From NCBI GenBank assembly GCA_949285875.1, contig CASDZZ010000011.1, positions 2,289 to 66,288 of the forward strand: a stretch of 64,000 nt of DNA, in the 5' to 3' direction. Positions 1 through 8,672 of the stretch are shown here, piece by piece. The position numbers were made by a program, and so were the translations under genes. This stretch comes from an uncultured bacterium (GTDB lineage: Bacteria; Bacillota_I; Bacilli_A; RF39; UBA660). The notes below the pieces were generated by a model that saw nothing but the letters and a program-made list of their open reading frames with translations, was not told where the DNA came from and did no database searches. Each line of letters begins with the position of its first letter. The stretch's first letter is position 1.

Positions 1-201
1 ACTATAACTACCCCATTTGATATGAGGGTTAAAAATAAACTAGACCGTTATAATCTAGTTATAGATGCCGTTAATAATTTAAATTTAGGTGAACTTGGTG
101 AAAAGATAATTAGCGATATGAAAGACAAATTATTAAAACATTCTAATTATATTGTAGAACATGGTGAAGACATGGAAGAAATAAGAAACTGGAAATTTTA
201 A
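1..201 (+). CDS. phosphoketolase (XFP family) C-terminal fragment; 5' end lies outside the window
   Basis: Frame 1 is open from base 1 to TAA 199-201. The tail TITTPFDMRVKNKLDRYNLVIDAVNNL...EHGEDMEEIRNWKF resembles the conserved C-terminus of xylulose-5-P/fructose-6-P phosphoketolases (family recall, no search run). Confidence 0.5.
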   Translation, partial: TITTPFDMRVKNKLDRYNLVIDAVNNLNLGELGEKIISDMKDKLLKHSNYIVEHGEDMEEIRNWKF

Positions 202-275
202 TATTTCTAGTTTTTTATATTTTTTAGGAGAATTTATTGTGTTATAATATGAATAATTTAAAAAGGAGAAAAAGA

Positions 276-1016
276 ATGAATAAAGTTGCGCTAATAACTG
301 GTGCTTCAAGGGGAATAGGAAGTGCTTGTGCTATAGAGTTTGCTAAACATAATTATAATATAATAATTAATTACGTATCTGATGATTCTTCAGCTTCAAA
401 ATTAAAAAGTATTATTACTGAAAACTATGGGGTAGATGTAATGCTTTATAAATGTGATGTATCAGACGAAAATAAAGTTAAAGATATGGTAGAAAAAAGC
501 TTGAATCATTTTGGAAGGATAGACGTACTTGTTAATAATGCGGGTATTGCAATTGATACAACTTTTGAAGATAAAACAGTAAGTAATTTTAGAAAAATAA
601 TTGATGTTAATTTAATAGGTCCTTTTTTAGTTTCAAGACAAGTTGGAAAATATATGATGAAAGAAAAAAAAGGAGTTATTATAAATGTTTCTTCTAATAA
701 TGCTTTAGAATCTTACTATGAATATAGTTTGGATTATGATGCTTCTAAGGCAGGACTTATTAACCTTACTCATAATTTATCTAAGTATTTTGCTCCATAT
801 ATAAGGGTTAATGCGGTAGCGCCTGGATGGGTTAATACAGAAATGAATAAAGAACTTGATAAAGATTATATAGATGAGGAAAGCAAGAATATATATTTAA
901 AAAGATTTGCAGAAAAAGAAGAGATTGCTAAAGTAATATACTTTTTAGCTAGTGATGATGCAAGTTATATAAATAATGAAGTAATAAGAGTTGATGGTGG
1001 AACAACTCATGATTAG
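276..1016 (+). CDS. SDR-family oxidoreductase, 3-oxoacyl-ACP reductase (FabG)-like
   Basis: ORF 237-1016; preferred start is ATG 276 behind AAAGGAG. TGASRGIG Rossmann motif, NNAG, and YDASK (YxxxK) catalytic motif. Confidence 0.85.
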   Translation: MNKVALITGASRGIGSACAIEFAKHNYNIIINYVSDDSSASKLKSIITENYGVDVMLYKCDVSDENKVKDMVEKSLNHFGRIDVLVNNAGIAIDTTFEDKTVSNFRKIIDVNLIGPFLVSRQVGKYMMKEKKGVIINVSSNNALESYYEYSLDYDASKAGLINLTHNLSKYFAPYIRVNAVAPGWVNTEMNKELDKDYIDEESKNIYLKRFAEKEEIAKVIYFLASDDASYINNEVIRVDGGTTHD

Positions 1017-1045
1017 AAAGTAATTTTTAAGAAAGATGTGATGAT

Positions 1046-2299
1046 ATGTATAATGATTTTAGTATAAGTGACAAAGCTAGGAAACTTGTTTTAAAAGCAG
1101 AAAAAGATTTAAAAGATGAGTTTCAAAAAATAGATGAAATATGTGATATAAATAGTTTAAAAGTACTTAAGGCTTTTAATAGAAATAATATTTCAGAAGC
1201 TCACTTTAATAGTACAACTGGATATGGTTATGATGATGTGGGAAGAGATGCTATAGAAAAAGTATTTGCTGAGGTTTTAGGTGCTGAAGATGCACTAGTA
1301 AGAAGTCAGTTTATTTCTGGATCTCATGCACTTAATGTGGCTTTATTTTCGTATTTAAGACCAGGAGATTTAATGCTTAGTATAACCGGAACACCCTATG
1401 ATACCTTACATGAGGTAATAGGAATAAAGGATAATCCTAGTTCATTAAAATCTTTTGGAATAAAATATGATCAAATTGATTTGATAAATGATGATTTTAA
1501 CTATCAAGGAATAACAGATTATTTAAAAAACAACAAAGTTAAATTAATAGAAATCCAGAGGTCAAAAGGGTATTCAACAAGGAAAAGTTTAACAATTGAT
1601 AAGTTAAAAAAAGTAATTGATGAAATAAGAAAAGTAGATAAAGAAGTTATTATAATGGTAGATAATTGTTATTGTGAATTTGTTGAAACTTTAACTCCTT
1701 GTGAAGTTGGAGCAGATATAATAGTTGGATCTTTAATTAAGAATTTAGGTGGAGGTATTGCACCTAATGGAGCTTATATTGCAGGAAGAAAAGATCTTAT
1801 TAATTTAGCTGGAGAAAGACTTACTTTGCCGGGTGAAGGAAGAGAAGTAGGACCTAGTTTGGGTATTAATAAAGCTATTTTGCAGGGATTTTTTATGGCT
1901 CCTAGTGTTGTAGCTTCTGCTTTAAAAACAGCTGTTTTAACTAGTAAAGTTTTGGAAGATTTGGGATTCAAGGTAGAGCCTAGGTATAATGATCAAAGAG
2001 CTGATATAGTTCAAAACATTATATTTGGAAATGAAAAAGATTTGGTTGATTATTGTGCAGGAATTCAAAATGCATCTCCTGTTGATTCCTTTGTAAATCC
2101 TATTCCTTGGGATATGCCGGGTTATGATGATAAAGTAGTTATGGCAGCAGGTGCATTCACACATGGTTCTTCTATTGAATTATCTTGTGATGGACCAATA
2201 AGGGAACCTTTTATAGCTTACCAGCAAGGTAGTTTGACTTATTCTTATGGTAAAATAGCTGTTATGAAGGCGGTTCAAAAATTACTTGATAATAAATAG
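1046..2299 (+). CDS. PLP-dependent methionine gamma-lyase-family protein (YnbB / aluminium-resistance-protein family)
   Basis: 417-aa ORF. The N-terminal region (AFNRNNISEAHFNSTTGYGYDDVGRD) and overall length and layout match the YnbB-type family as I recall it. Confidence 0.7.
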   Translation: MYNDFSISDKARKLVLKAEKDLKDEFQKIDEICDINSLKVLKAFNRNNISEAHFNSTTGYGYDDVGRDAIEKVFAEVLGAEDALVRSQFISGSHALNVALFSYLRPGDLMLSITGTPYDTLHEVIGIKDNPSSLKSFGIKYDQIDLINDDFNYQGITDYLKNNKVKLIEIQRSKGYSTRKSLTIDKLKKVIDEIRKVDKEVIIMVDNCYCEFVETLTPCEVGADIIVGSLIKNLGGGIAPNGAYIAGRKDLINLAGERLTLPGEGREVGPSLGINKAILQGFFMAPSVVASALKTAVLTSKVLEDLGFKVEPRYNDQRADIVQNIIFGNEKDLVDYCAGIQNASPVDSFVNPIPWDMPGYDDKVVMAAGAFTHGSSIELSCDGPIREPFIAYQQGSLTYSYGKIAVMKAVQKLLDNK

Positions 2300-2302
2300 C
2301 AA

Positions 2303-2339
2303 AAAGCGTAAAGATAACTAGTTTATCTTGCGCTTTTTT
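2303..2339 (+). terminator. rho-independent terminator
   Basis: aaagcgtaaagataa-ctag-ttatcttgcgcttt hairpin followed by a T-run directly after the stop at 2299. Confidence 0.7.
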
Positions 2340-2386
2340 AAATACTTTTAAAAACACGTGTTATAATAAATAGATAAGGAGGTAAT

Positions 2387-3802
2387 ATGAAAAATAAAAA
2401 TTTATTGTTTATAATATTTATTTCTATTTTTTTAATATTAATTCTTACTTATTTTACTTACTATAAAAAAAATATTATTATTAAAAATTTTACCGACCAC
2501 GAAAAGGTAGAAGTATTTAATGATTACAAAGAAAAGGGTCTTGATGTTTGCTATGGAAATAGACTAAGTTGTAAGAAAATTAAATATAAAAGAAGCGGAG
2601 AAGTTAACACTAGTAAGTTAGGTAATTATAAAATAACTTATGAAATAACTTACAAAGATAAAACTTTAATAAAAAACAAGATTGTAGAAGTGTCAGATTC
2701 TAAAGCTCCTGAATTAAAAATAGAAGGAACCCATGATAATGTTTGCCCAAATGGAAAGACTGATAAAGTAACATTTTCTGCTGTAGATAACTATGATGGT
2801 GATATAACTGATAAAATAAAGTATAAATTAGAAAATAATAGAATAATATATAAGGTAACTGATTCATCTGGAAATGAAACTAAAAAGGAGTTTGATGTTA
2901 CCATATATGATAATGAAAAACCAGTTCTAATTTTAGCGGGAGACCAAACCGTTTACTTAGGACTTGGAAATGATTATAAAGAAGATGGTTATACAGCTAT
3001 TGATAATTGTGATGGAAACATAACAAATAATGTTGAGGTAAAAGGAAAAGTTGATATTAATAAAGCAGGAACATACGAACTTATATATAGTGTAAAGGAC
3101 TCTTTTAATAACATAACAGAAGCTAGTAGAACCATTAAGGTATTTCCTAAAAATAATTACGTGCCTGGTCAAATATCTCCAAAAACGATATACTTAACAT
3201 TTGATGATGGGCCAGGACCTTATACTGAAAAACTACTTAATATATTAAATACTTATAACGCTAAAGCTACCTTTTTTGTTATAGGTACTAATACCAGATA
3301 TGATTATTTAATAACTAAAGAACACGAACAAGGTCATACGGTTGGTCTTCATAGTTTTACGCATGTTTATAGTAACATATATAGAAGTGTTGATTCCTAT
3401 ATGAATGATTTGTTAATGTTAAGAGATAAAGTTAAAAATCTTACTGGTACTGAATCTAGAATTATTAGGTTTCCTGGAGGAAGTTCTAATACGGTTAGCA
3501 AGAAATATAAAGTTGGTATAATGAATGAATTAACTAAAAAGGTAGAAGAAATAGGTTTTAGATACTTTGATTGGAATATAATGTCAGGAGATGCTGGAAA
3601 CACAAAAGATCCAAACAAAATAGTTCAAAATGTAATTTCAGGTATAAAACCTAATAATATAAATGTTGTTCTTATGCACGACATTAAACCTTATACAATA
3701 GAAGCAGTGCCTAGAATAATTGAATATGGGTTGGCAAATGGTTACACATTTGCACCACTTACAATGGAAAGCCCGGTAGTTCATCAAAAGGTAAATAATT
3801 AA
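2387..3802 (+). CDS. membrane-anchored polysaccharide deacetylase (NodB domain) with two Ig-like repeats
   Basis: N-terminal TM helix. Repeats DNYDGDITDKI and DNCDGNITNNV are DUF5011-type Ig-like. C-terminal NodB motifs TFDDGPGPYT and HSFTH. Confidence 0.85.
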   Translation: MKNKNLLFIIFISIFLILILTYFTYYKKNIIIKNFTDHEKVEVFNDYKEKGLDVCYGNRLSCKKIKYKRSGEVNTSKLGNYKITYEITYKDKTLIKNKIVEVSDSKAPELKIEGTHDNVCPNGKTDKVTFSAVDNYDGDITDKIKYKLENNRIIYKVTDSSGNETKKEFDVTIYDNEKPVLILAGDQTVYLGLGNDYKEDGYTAIDNCDGNITNNVEVKGKVDINKAGTYELIYSVKDSFNNITEASRTIKVFPKNNYVPGQISPKTIYLTFDDGPGPYTEKLLNILNTYNAKATFFVIGTNTRYDYLITKEHEQGHTVGLHSFTHVYSNIYRSVDSYMNDLLMLRDKVKNLTGTESRIIRFPGGSSNTVSKKYKVGIMNELTKKVEEIGFRYFDWNIMSGDAGNTKDPNKIVQNVISGIKPNNINVVLMHDIKPYTIEAVPRIIEYGLANGYTFAPLTMESPVVHQKVNN

Positions 3803-3827
3803 CGTATCAAATAGATACGTTTTTTTA
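3801..3827 (+). terminator. rho-independent terminator that is also an attP-like palindrome (see findings)
   Basis: aacgtatc-aaata-gatacgtt followed by T7, directly after the stop at 3802. Confidence 0.7.
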
Positions 3828-3885
3828 TGATGTTGTAATTATTTCAAAAAAATTTATTTGCATTTAATGTATTAGGGGTGAAAAA

Positions 3886-4557
3886 ATGGAAAAAAAAGGT
3901 ATTGATATAAGTTATCACCAAGGTAATATAGATTTTAAAAAGCTAAAGGAAAACGTTGATTTTGTAATGGTAAGAACTAGCTATGGTGATTTTTATGAGG
4001 ATAAGAGACATAAAGAATATATATCAGAATTAGAAAAATATAAAATTCCTTATGGCCTTTATCATTTTTCCTATGCTACTAGTGTAGAAGCTTCAAAAAA
4101 TGCGGCAAAAAAATTTATAAAATTAATAAAAAATTATAATCCTACTTATCCAGTAGTTATTGATATTGAGTCGTCAGAAGTTACAAGTGATGTTAGAAAT
4201 GATACTTTAGTAGAAATTACAAAAGCTTTTTGTGAAGAAGTAGAAAAATCAGGCTATTATGTAATGATATATGCTAATTTAGATTACTTAAATAATAAAT
4301 TAAATAATAGCATTTTAGATAAGTATGATAAATGGTTAGCACAGTGGTCTAATAAACCAACATATAATAAGCCTTTTGGTATGTGGCAATATTCTTCTAA
4401 GGGTAAGATTCCAGGTATTAATGGTAATGTTGATTTAAATATCGCTTATAAAGATTACCCAAGCTTAATACAAAAATTACCGGAGGAAGATTTAAAAGAA
4501 GATACTAATTATGTTGTGAAAAAAGGAGATACGATTTTTATGGGGAATAATGAGTAA
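3886..4557 (+). CDS. GH25 muramidase (lysozyme), 5' part of a gene interrupted at 4525-4533; as it stands it ends in a short element-encoded tail
   Basis: GIDISYHQGNIDF and MWQYSSKGKIPGINGNVDLN are typical GH25 motifs. The first LysM repeat begins YVVKKGDT and then breaks off into IFMGNNE*. Confidence 0.85.
   Translation: MEKKGIDISYHQGNIDFKKLKENVDFVMVRTSYGDFYEDKRHKEYISELEKYKIPYGLYHFSYATSVEASKNAAKKFIKLIKNYNPTYPVVIDIESSEVTSDVRNDTLVEITKAFCEEVEKSGYYVMIYANLDYLNNKLNNSILDKYDKWLAQWSNKPTYNKPFGMWQYSSKGKIPGINGNVDLNIAYKDYPSLIQKLPEEDLKEDTNYVVKKGDTIFMGNNE
4525..4533. repeat. attL core, 9-bp ggagatacg (identical copy at 8664-8672)
   Basis: Exact 9-bp identity at both junctions of the insertion that splits the lysozyme gene. 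Confidence 0.8.
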
Positions 4558-4659
4558 TAATTAAGGACTTTATTAAATAAATAAGATTATAAATGATGAA
4601 GGAGATATAAAAAACTACTTTTTGTGTGATATAATAATTGTAGAAATGAGGTGCAAATT

Positions 4660-5001
4660 GTGAATATAAATATTAATAGAGTAAAAATAATTTTTACAAT
4701 TCCTTTAAAAAATGTAGATGAAGTTAGAAATACAATCTGTGGTGTTGGTGCAGGAATTATTGGAAATTATACATATTGTTCAACATCTACTAAAGTGTTG
4801 GGAACATTTAAGCCAAATGATAATGCTAATCCTCATATTGGTGAAAAGAATAAATTGGAATTTGTTGAAGAAGAAAAAATAGAAGTGGTTTGTGATATAG
4901 AAAATGTTAAAAAAGTTATTCAAGAATTAAGAAAAATTCATCCTTATGAAGAACCGTCTATAGATATAATACCTTTATTGGATGAAGAGAATTTTAAGTA
5001 G
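4660..5001 (+). CDS. stand-alone NIF3/YqfO insert-domain-like protein (CutA/PII-like fold)
   Basis: ORF 4651-5001; GTG 4660 lies 6 nt after GAGGTG. GAGIIGNYTYCSTSTKVLGTFKPNDNANPHIGE...KIHPYEEPSIDIIPL resembles the inserted domain of NIF3-family proteins. Confidence 0.55.
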   Translation: MNININRVKIIFTIPLKNVDEVRNTICGVGAGIIGNYTYCSTSTKVLGTFKPNDNANPHIGEKNKLEFVEEEKIEVVCDIENVKKVIQELRKIHPYEEPSIDIIPLLDEENFK

Positions 5002-5016
5002 ATTAAGGTGATATGT

Positions 5017-5535
5017 ATGGGTGATCATGTAGAGTTATTGGATGTATATGATGATAAAGGGGTTAAAACTGGCAAAGTTGTTAAAAGAGGAGTAAAAGAT
5101 AGTTCGTTTAATAAAGGCGAACATATAGCAGTATCTATAATATATATTGAAAATGATAATGACGAATTTTTAATACAAAAAACATCAAGGCAAAAAGGGG
5201 GAATTTATTCATCAACAGGAGGCCATGTCAATCACAATGAAGAACCTATTGACACAATAAAAAGAGAAGTAAAAGAAGAATTAGGTATAGATATCGGTGA
5301 CGATAATATTATTGATTTAGGGTATATAAATTTTGATTTTCCTATTAGATTTGTATTTTATTTAAAAAGGAATATAGATTTGAATAATATTGTTTTGCAA
5401 AAAGAAGAAGTTGAAAGTGTTTCATATATGACATGTAATGAAATAATAAATATTATAGAAAAAGGTCTTATGCATAAAGCCCATGCCAAGATGTTAGAGC
5501 GAGTTTTAGAATATAAAAATAATATAGATTTATAA
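5017..5535 (+). CDS. NUDIX hydrolase
   Basis: Nudix box GGHVNHNEEPIDTIKREVKEELGI. ATG 5017 lies behind TAAGGTG. Confidence 0.8.
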   Translation: MGDHVELLDVYDDKGVKTGKVVKRGVKDSSFNKGEHIAVSIIYIENDNDEFLIQKTSRQKGGIYSSTGGHVNHNEEPIDTIKREVKEELGIDIGDDNIIDLGYINFDFPIRFVFYLKRNIDLNNIVLQKEEVESVSYMTCNEIINIIEKGLMHKAHAKMLERVLEYKNNIDL

Positions 5536-5547
5536 AAGGTTATAAAG

Positions 5548-6213
5548 ATGAATGAGGTGTTAAAAGTGTCTAAAGAAGAAAATGTAATAAAATATTATGT
5601 TCTATGCAATAAGCTGAAAAATATTATCAGAACAGGTTGGCAAGATTGGAATGTTAATCGTAATAGAATAGAGAGTGTTGCAGAGCACATATTTGGTGTT
5701 CAAATGCTAGCTATAGCCATGAAATCTGAATATCAATATGATATAGATATTATGAAAGTTATATATATGTTAGCAATTCATGAATTAGGTGAAACAATAA
5801 TTGGAGATTTGACTCAATTTCAAGTAAGTAAGGAAGAAAAAGAAAAAATGGAACATGAAGCAGTTCACAATGTACTATCTTTATTACTTGATGGCGAACA
5901 AATAGAACAACTATTTTTAGAATTTGATGCTCACCAAACTCCAGAAGCAATGTTTGCATATCAATGTGATAAACTAGAATGTGATATTCAAAGTAAATTA
6001 TATGATCAAGAAGGCTGTGTAGATTTATCGCATCAAGAAGGTAATACAACTGCAAATAATGAATTTGTAAAAAAAATATTAGAAAATGGACAATCATGGT
6101 CTGATATGTGGCTAGAATTTGGTCAAAGAAAATATCCATATGATCAAAATTTTATGTCTGTTTCAGCTTATGTTAAAAATAATGAAATAGGACAATCCTA
6201 TACAAAAAAATAA
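5548..6213 (+). CDS. HD-domain phosphohydrolase, YfbR-like 5'-deoxynucleotidase family
   Basis: RTGWQDW...ESVAEHIFGV...AIHELGETIIGDLT are HD motifs in the YfbR-type arrangement. Confidence 0.7.
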   Translation: MNEVLKVSKEENVIKYYVLCNKLKNIIRTGWQDWNVNRNRIESVAEHIFGVQMLAIAMKSEYQYDIDIMKVIYMLAIHELGETIIGDLTQFQVSKEEKEKMEHEAVHNVLSLLLDGEQIEQLFLEFDAHQTPEAMFAYQCDKLECDIQSKLYDQEGCVDLSHQEGNTTANNEFVKKILENGQSWSDMWLEFGQRKYPYDQNFMSVSAYVKNNEIGQSYTKK

Positions 6214-6262
6214 TATTATATTCAATCCAAATATAATTGATGAATACATTTACAAAGTTAAT

Positions 6263-6307
6263 TATCCTATATGTTTTTATAAATTTCTAAAAATAGGATA
6301 GTTTTTT
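6263..6307 (+). terminator. probable terminator of the NIF3-like/NUDIX/HD operon
   Basis: tatcctat...ataggata stem followed by gtttttt; the loop is rather long. Confidence 0.45.
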
Positions 6308-6589
6308 GATGATTAAACATATTTAAAAATAAGACTTAAAGTGTAATGATCTTATGTTTATGATTACAAAGTAGGTTGAATTTCGTAAGTACGAAATAAG
6401 AATGGTGTATACACAAGTCCTTATTTTATAAGGAAAAGTGCATGTTGTTACGCCATCTTCTTATCTGCTATTCAATATATTAATAGATTCTTGGTTATTT
6501 TAGGATGATAGACAAAACTTTCTATACTTTATGACTTGACTCTTCTTTTTTGTGAAGGTAACATGCATCATGCGAAGGAGATGATGTAT

Positions 6590-6736
6590 ATGAGAAGATT
6601 TAATTTTTATTTACTAGAGGAGTTATTTGAAAGAATTAAATTACTTGCAAAATTCTATAATATCTCTATAACTAAATTAATGATTGAACTACTAGAAATT
6701 GGATATATAGATATGATAGATACAAGAAAAAAATAA
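6590..6736 (+). CDS. small ribbon-helix-helix-like protein (48 aa)
   Basis: ATG 6590 lies 9 nt after AAGGAG. MRRFNFYLLEELFERIKLLAKFYNISITKLMIELLEIG has a CopG/RHH-like beta-alpha-alpha pattern. Confidence 0.45.
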   Translation: MRRFNFYLLEELFERIKLLAKFYNISITKLMIELLEIGYIDMIDTRKK

Positions 6737-6910
6737 ACAAGTTTATAAAAATGAAAGGATTAGGTGATGAATATGAATATAATGTTTTTTAAATTAATGG
6801 AGGTATATGATAATAAGTAATATTATTTATGAGTATGTTATAGGCATACCAAATAATATTACTAAAACAATGCTTATTGCCATAGAATTTATTGGAGGTA
6901 TATAAACTCT

Positions 6911-7096
6911 ATGGTTAAATACAAAGTTAATTTAAAGTTTAAAGAAAATGGAAAATCTTTAAATGAAATAATTACTGAAGTATTAAAAATTGAACTACAA
7001 AAGAAGATAAACATTACTTGCAATATATTAAAAAGAGAGCTACCATGTAATCATACTCATTATTCCCAAATGGAATGGAGTAGTAATTATTGGTAG
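6911..7096 (+). CDS. 61-aa hypothetical protein overlapping the recombinase start (candidate directionality factor or regulator)
   Basis: GGAGGT lies 10 nt upstream of ATG 6911. The stop overlaps the recombinase start by 7 nt. Confidence 0.45.
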   Translation: MVKYKVNLKFKENGKSLNEIITEVLKIELQKKINITCNILKRELPCNHTHYSQMEWSSNYW

Positions 7097-8652
7097 GGAA
7101 TAATAGTTTTAAAGTAGGAATATATATAAGATTATCAAGAGATGATGGTAATTTAGAATCTGATAGTATTGTTAGTCAAAGAAGTTTACTTAATCAATAT
7201 GTTAAAGAAAATAATTATAATCTTATAGAAGAATATGTTGATGATGGTTTTACTGGAACAAACTTTGAAAGACCATCATTTAAAAGAATGATTAAAGACA
7301 TTGAATTTGGAAGAATTAATATGATAATTACTAAAGATATGTCTAGATTAGGTAGAGATTATATTGGTACAGGAGAGTTAATTGAAAAGTATTTTCCAAA
7401 TAAAAATGTTAGGTATATTGCTATTAATGATGGGATTGATACATTTATAGATAATACTAATAATGATATAGCACCTTTTAAAGCAATTATGAATGATATG
7501 TATGCTAAAGATATTTCTAAAAAAGTTAAAACAAGTTTGCATTCTAGAATGAAAGAAGGATTATATGTATCTGGTAGATGTCCTTTTGGATATATGAAAG
7601 ATCCTAATAATAAAAACCATTTAGTTATAAATAAAGAACAAGCAGAAATTGTTAGATTAATCTTTGATTTAGCACTTAAAGGTAAGACATATCACTATAT
7701 AGCACAATACCTTACTGCAAGAAAAATAAAAACTCCAGCATCTTATTACAATTATGTATGGAATACAAAATGTAGTACAGAGTGTATAAGTCAAGAATAT
7801 GGTGTATGGGTAGATACAACTATAAAATCAATTTTAACTAATCAGATATATGTAGGAGATACAGTTCAAGGTAAGACTAAAAAGATTAATTATAAACTTA
7901 AAAAGACAGTTAAAAATAAACCAAATGATTTCATAATAGTCGAAAATACTCACGAAGAAATTATAGATAGAGAAACATTCAATTATGTTCAAACACTTTT
8001 ACCTAAAAATGTTAAAAGGCCAGAGAAGAAAAGATTTTATTTATTAGATGGGCTTTTATACTGTGGAGATTGTAAACACAGAATAACTGTTAGATATCAA
8101 AATAAAACTGGTAGAAGTTATACAACCTGTGATTATTATAGAACATATTCAAAGTATCATGTATGTACGACTCATACAAATAATTATGATGTGTTAGAAA
8201 GAGTTATTTTAGATAATATAAAAGAAGTTTGTAAAAATTATTTAGATAAGAACCAGATAACAGATTATATTGGTAATATGGAGTTTGAAGATAATACTTT
8301 AAAGATTAAAAAGCAAATTGAAAGTTTAGAAATTACTAATAATAAATTAACAGAAAACTTAGATAAGAACTATATGAATATGTTAAAAGGTATTATTGAT
8401 GAAGAACAATATTTGAGAATAAGTGAAAATCTAAAACAAGAAATAGCAAATAATAAATCAAGTATTGATAATCTTAAAAATGAAAGTAGTGAATCTAATA
8501 AAATAGATGAAAAGCAAATAGAAAAATATATTAATGAATTTTTATCTTTAGAAAATCCAACTAGAGAATTAATAATTAATTTAGTTGAAAAAATCTACAT
8601 CTATCAAGATAAAACGATAGATATTATATTTACATTTAAAAATGTTACATAA
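7090..8652 (+). CDS. large serine recombinase (resolvase/invertase N-domain plus recombinase, zinc-ribbon and coiled-coil C-terminal region)
   Basis: VGIYIRLSRDDG...SQR catalytic N-terminus. CGDCKHRI...C cysteine cluster. Long coiled-coil-like C-terminal region. 520 aa. The TTG start is uncertain. Confidence 0.9.
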   Translation: MVGNNSFKVGIYIRLSRDDGNLESDSIVSQRSLLNQYVKENNYNLIEEYVDDGFTGTNFERPSFKRMIKDIEFGRINMIITKDMSRLGRDYIGTGELIEKYFPNKNVRYIAINDGIDTFIDNTNNDIAPFKAIMNDMYAKDISKKVKTSLHSRMKEGLYVSGRCPFGYMKDPNNKNHLVINKEQAEIVRLIFDLALKGKTYHYIAQYLTARKIKTPASYYNYVWNTKCSTECISQEYGVWVDTTIKSILTNQIYVGDTVQGKTKKINYKLKKTVKNKPNDFIIVENTHEEIIDRETFNYVQTLLPKNVKRPEKKRFYLLDGLLYCGDCKHRITVRYQNKTGRSYTTCDYYRTYSKYHVCTTHTNNYDVLERVILDNIKEVCKNYLDKNQITDYIGNMEFEDNTLKIKKQIESLEITNNKLTENLDKNYMNMLKGIIDEEQYLRISENLKQEIANNKSSIDNLKNESSESNKIDEKQIEKYINEFLSLENPTRELIINLVEKIYIYQDKTIDIIFTFKNVT

Positions 8653-8663
8653 AAAACGTATCT

Positions 8664-8672
8664 GGAGATACG
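8664..8672. repeat. attR core, 9-bp ggagatacg, embedded in the palindrome aacgtatc-tgga-gatacgtt
   Basis: Exact repeat of 4525-4533. Confidence 0.8.

Larger units (their letters stand above)
4527..8665 (+). mobile_element. 4.14-kb integrated element with a large serine recombinase at its right end; candidate gene-intervening (skin-like) element
   Basis: It separates the two halves of one ORF. 9-bp shared core. Reconstructed attP aaaaaacgtatctGGagatacgattttt has 12/13 dyad symmetry. The recombinase stop lies 12 nt from attR. Confidence 0.8.

Noticed and set aside
4527-8665. Prophage interpretation of the two serine-recombinase elements (also 30221-37047)
   Set aside because: Neither element contains capsid, terminase, tail, portal or lysis genes, and both are far too small. 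They are better described as an intervening element and an integrative mobilisable element.
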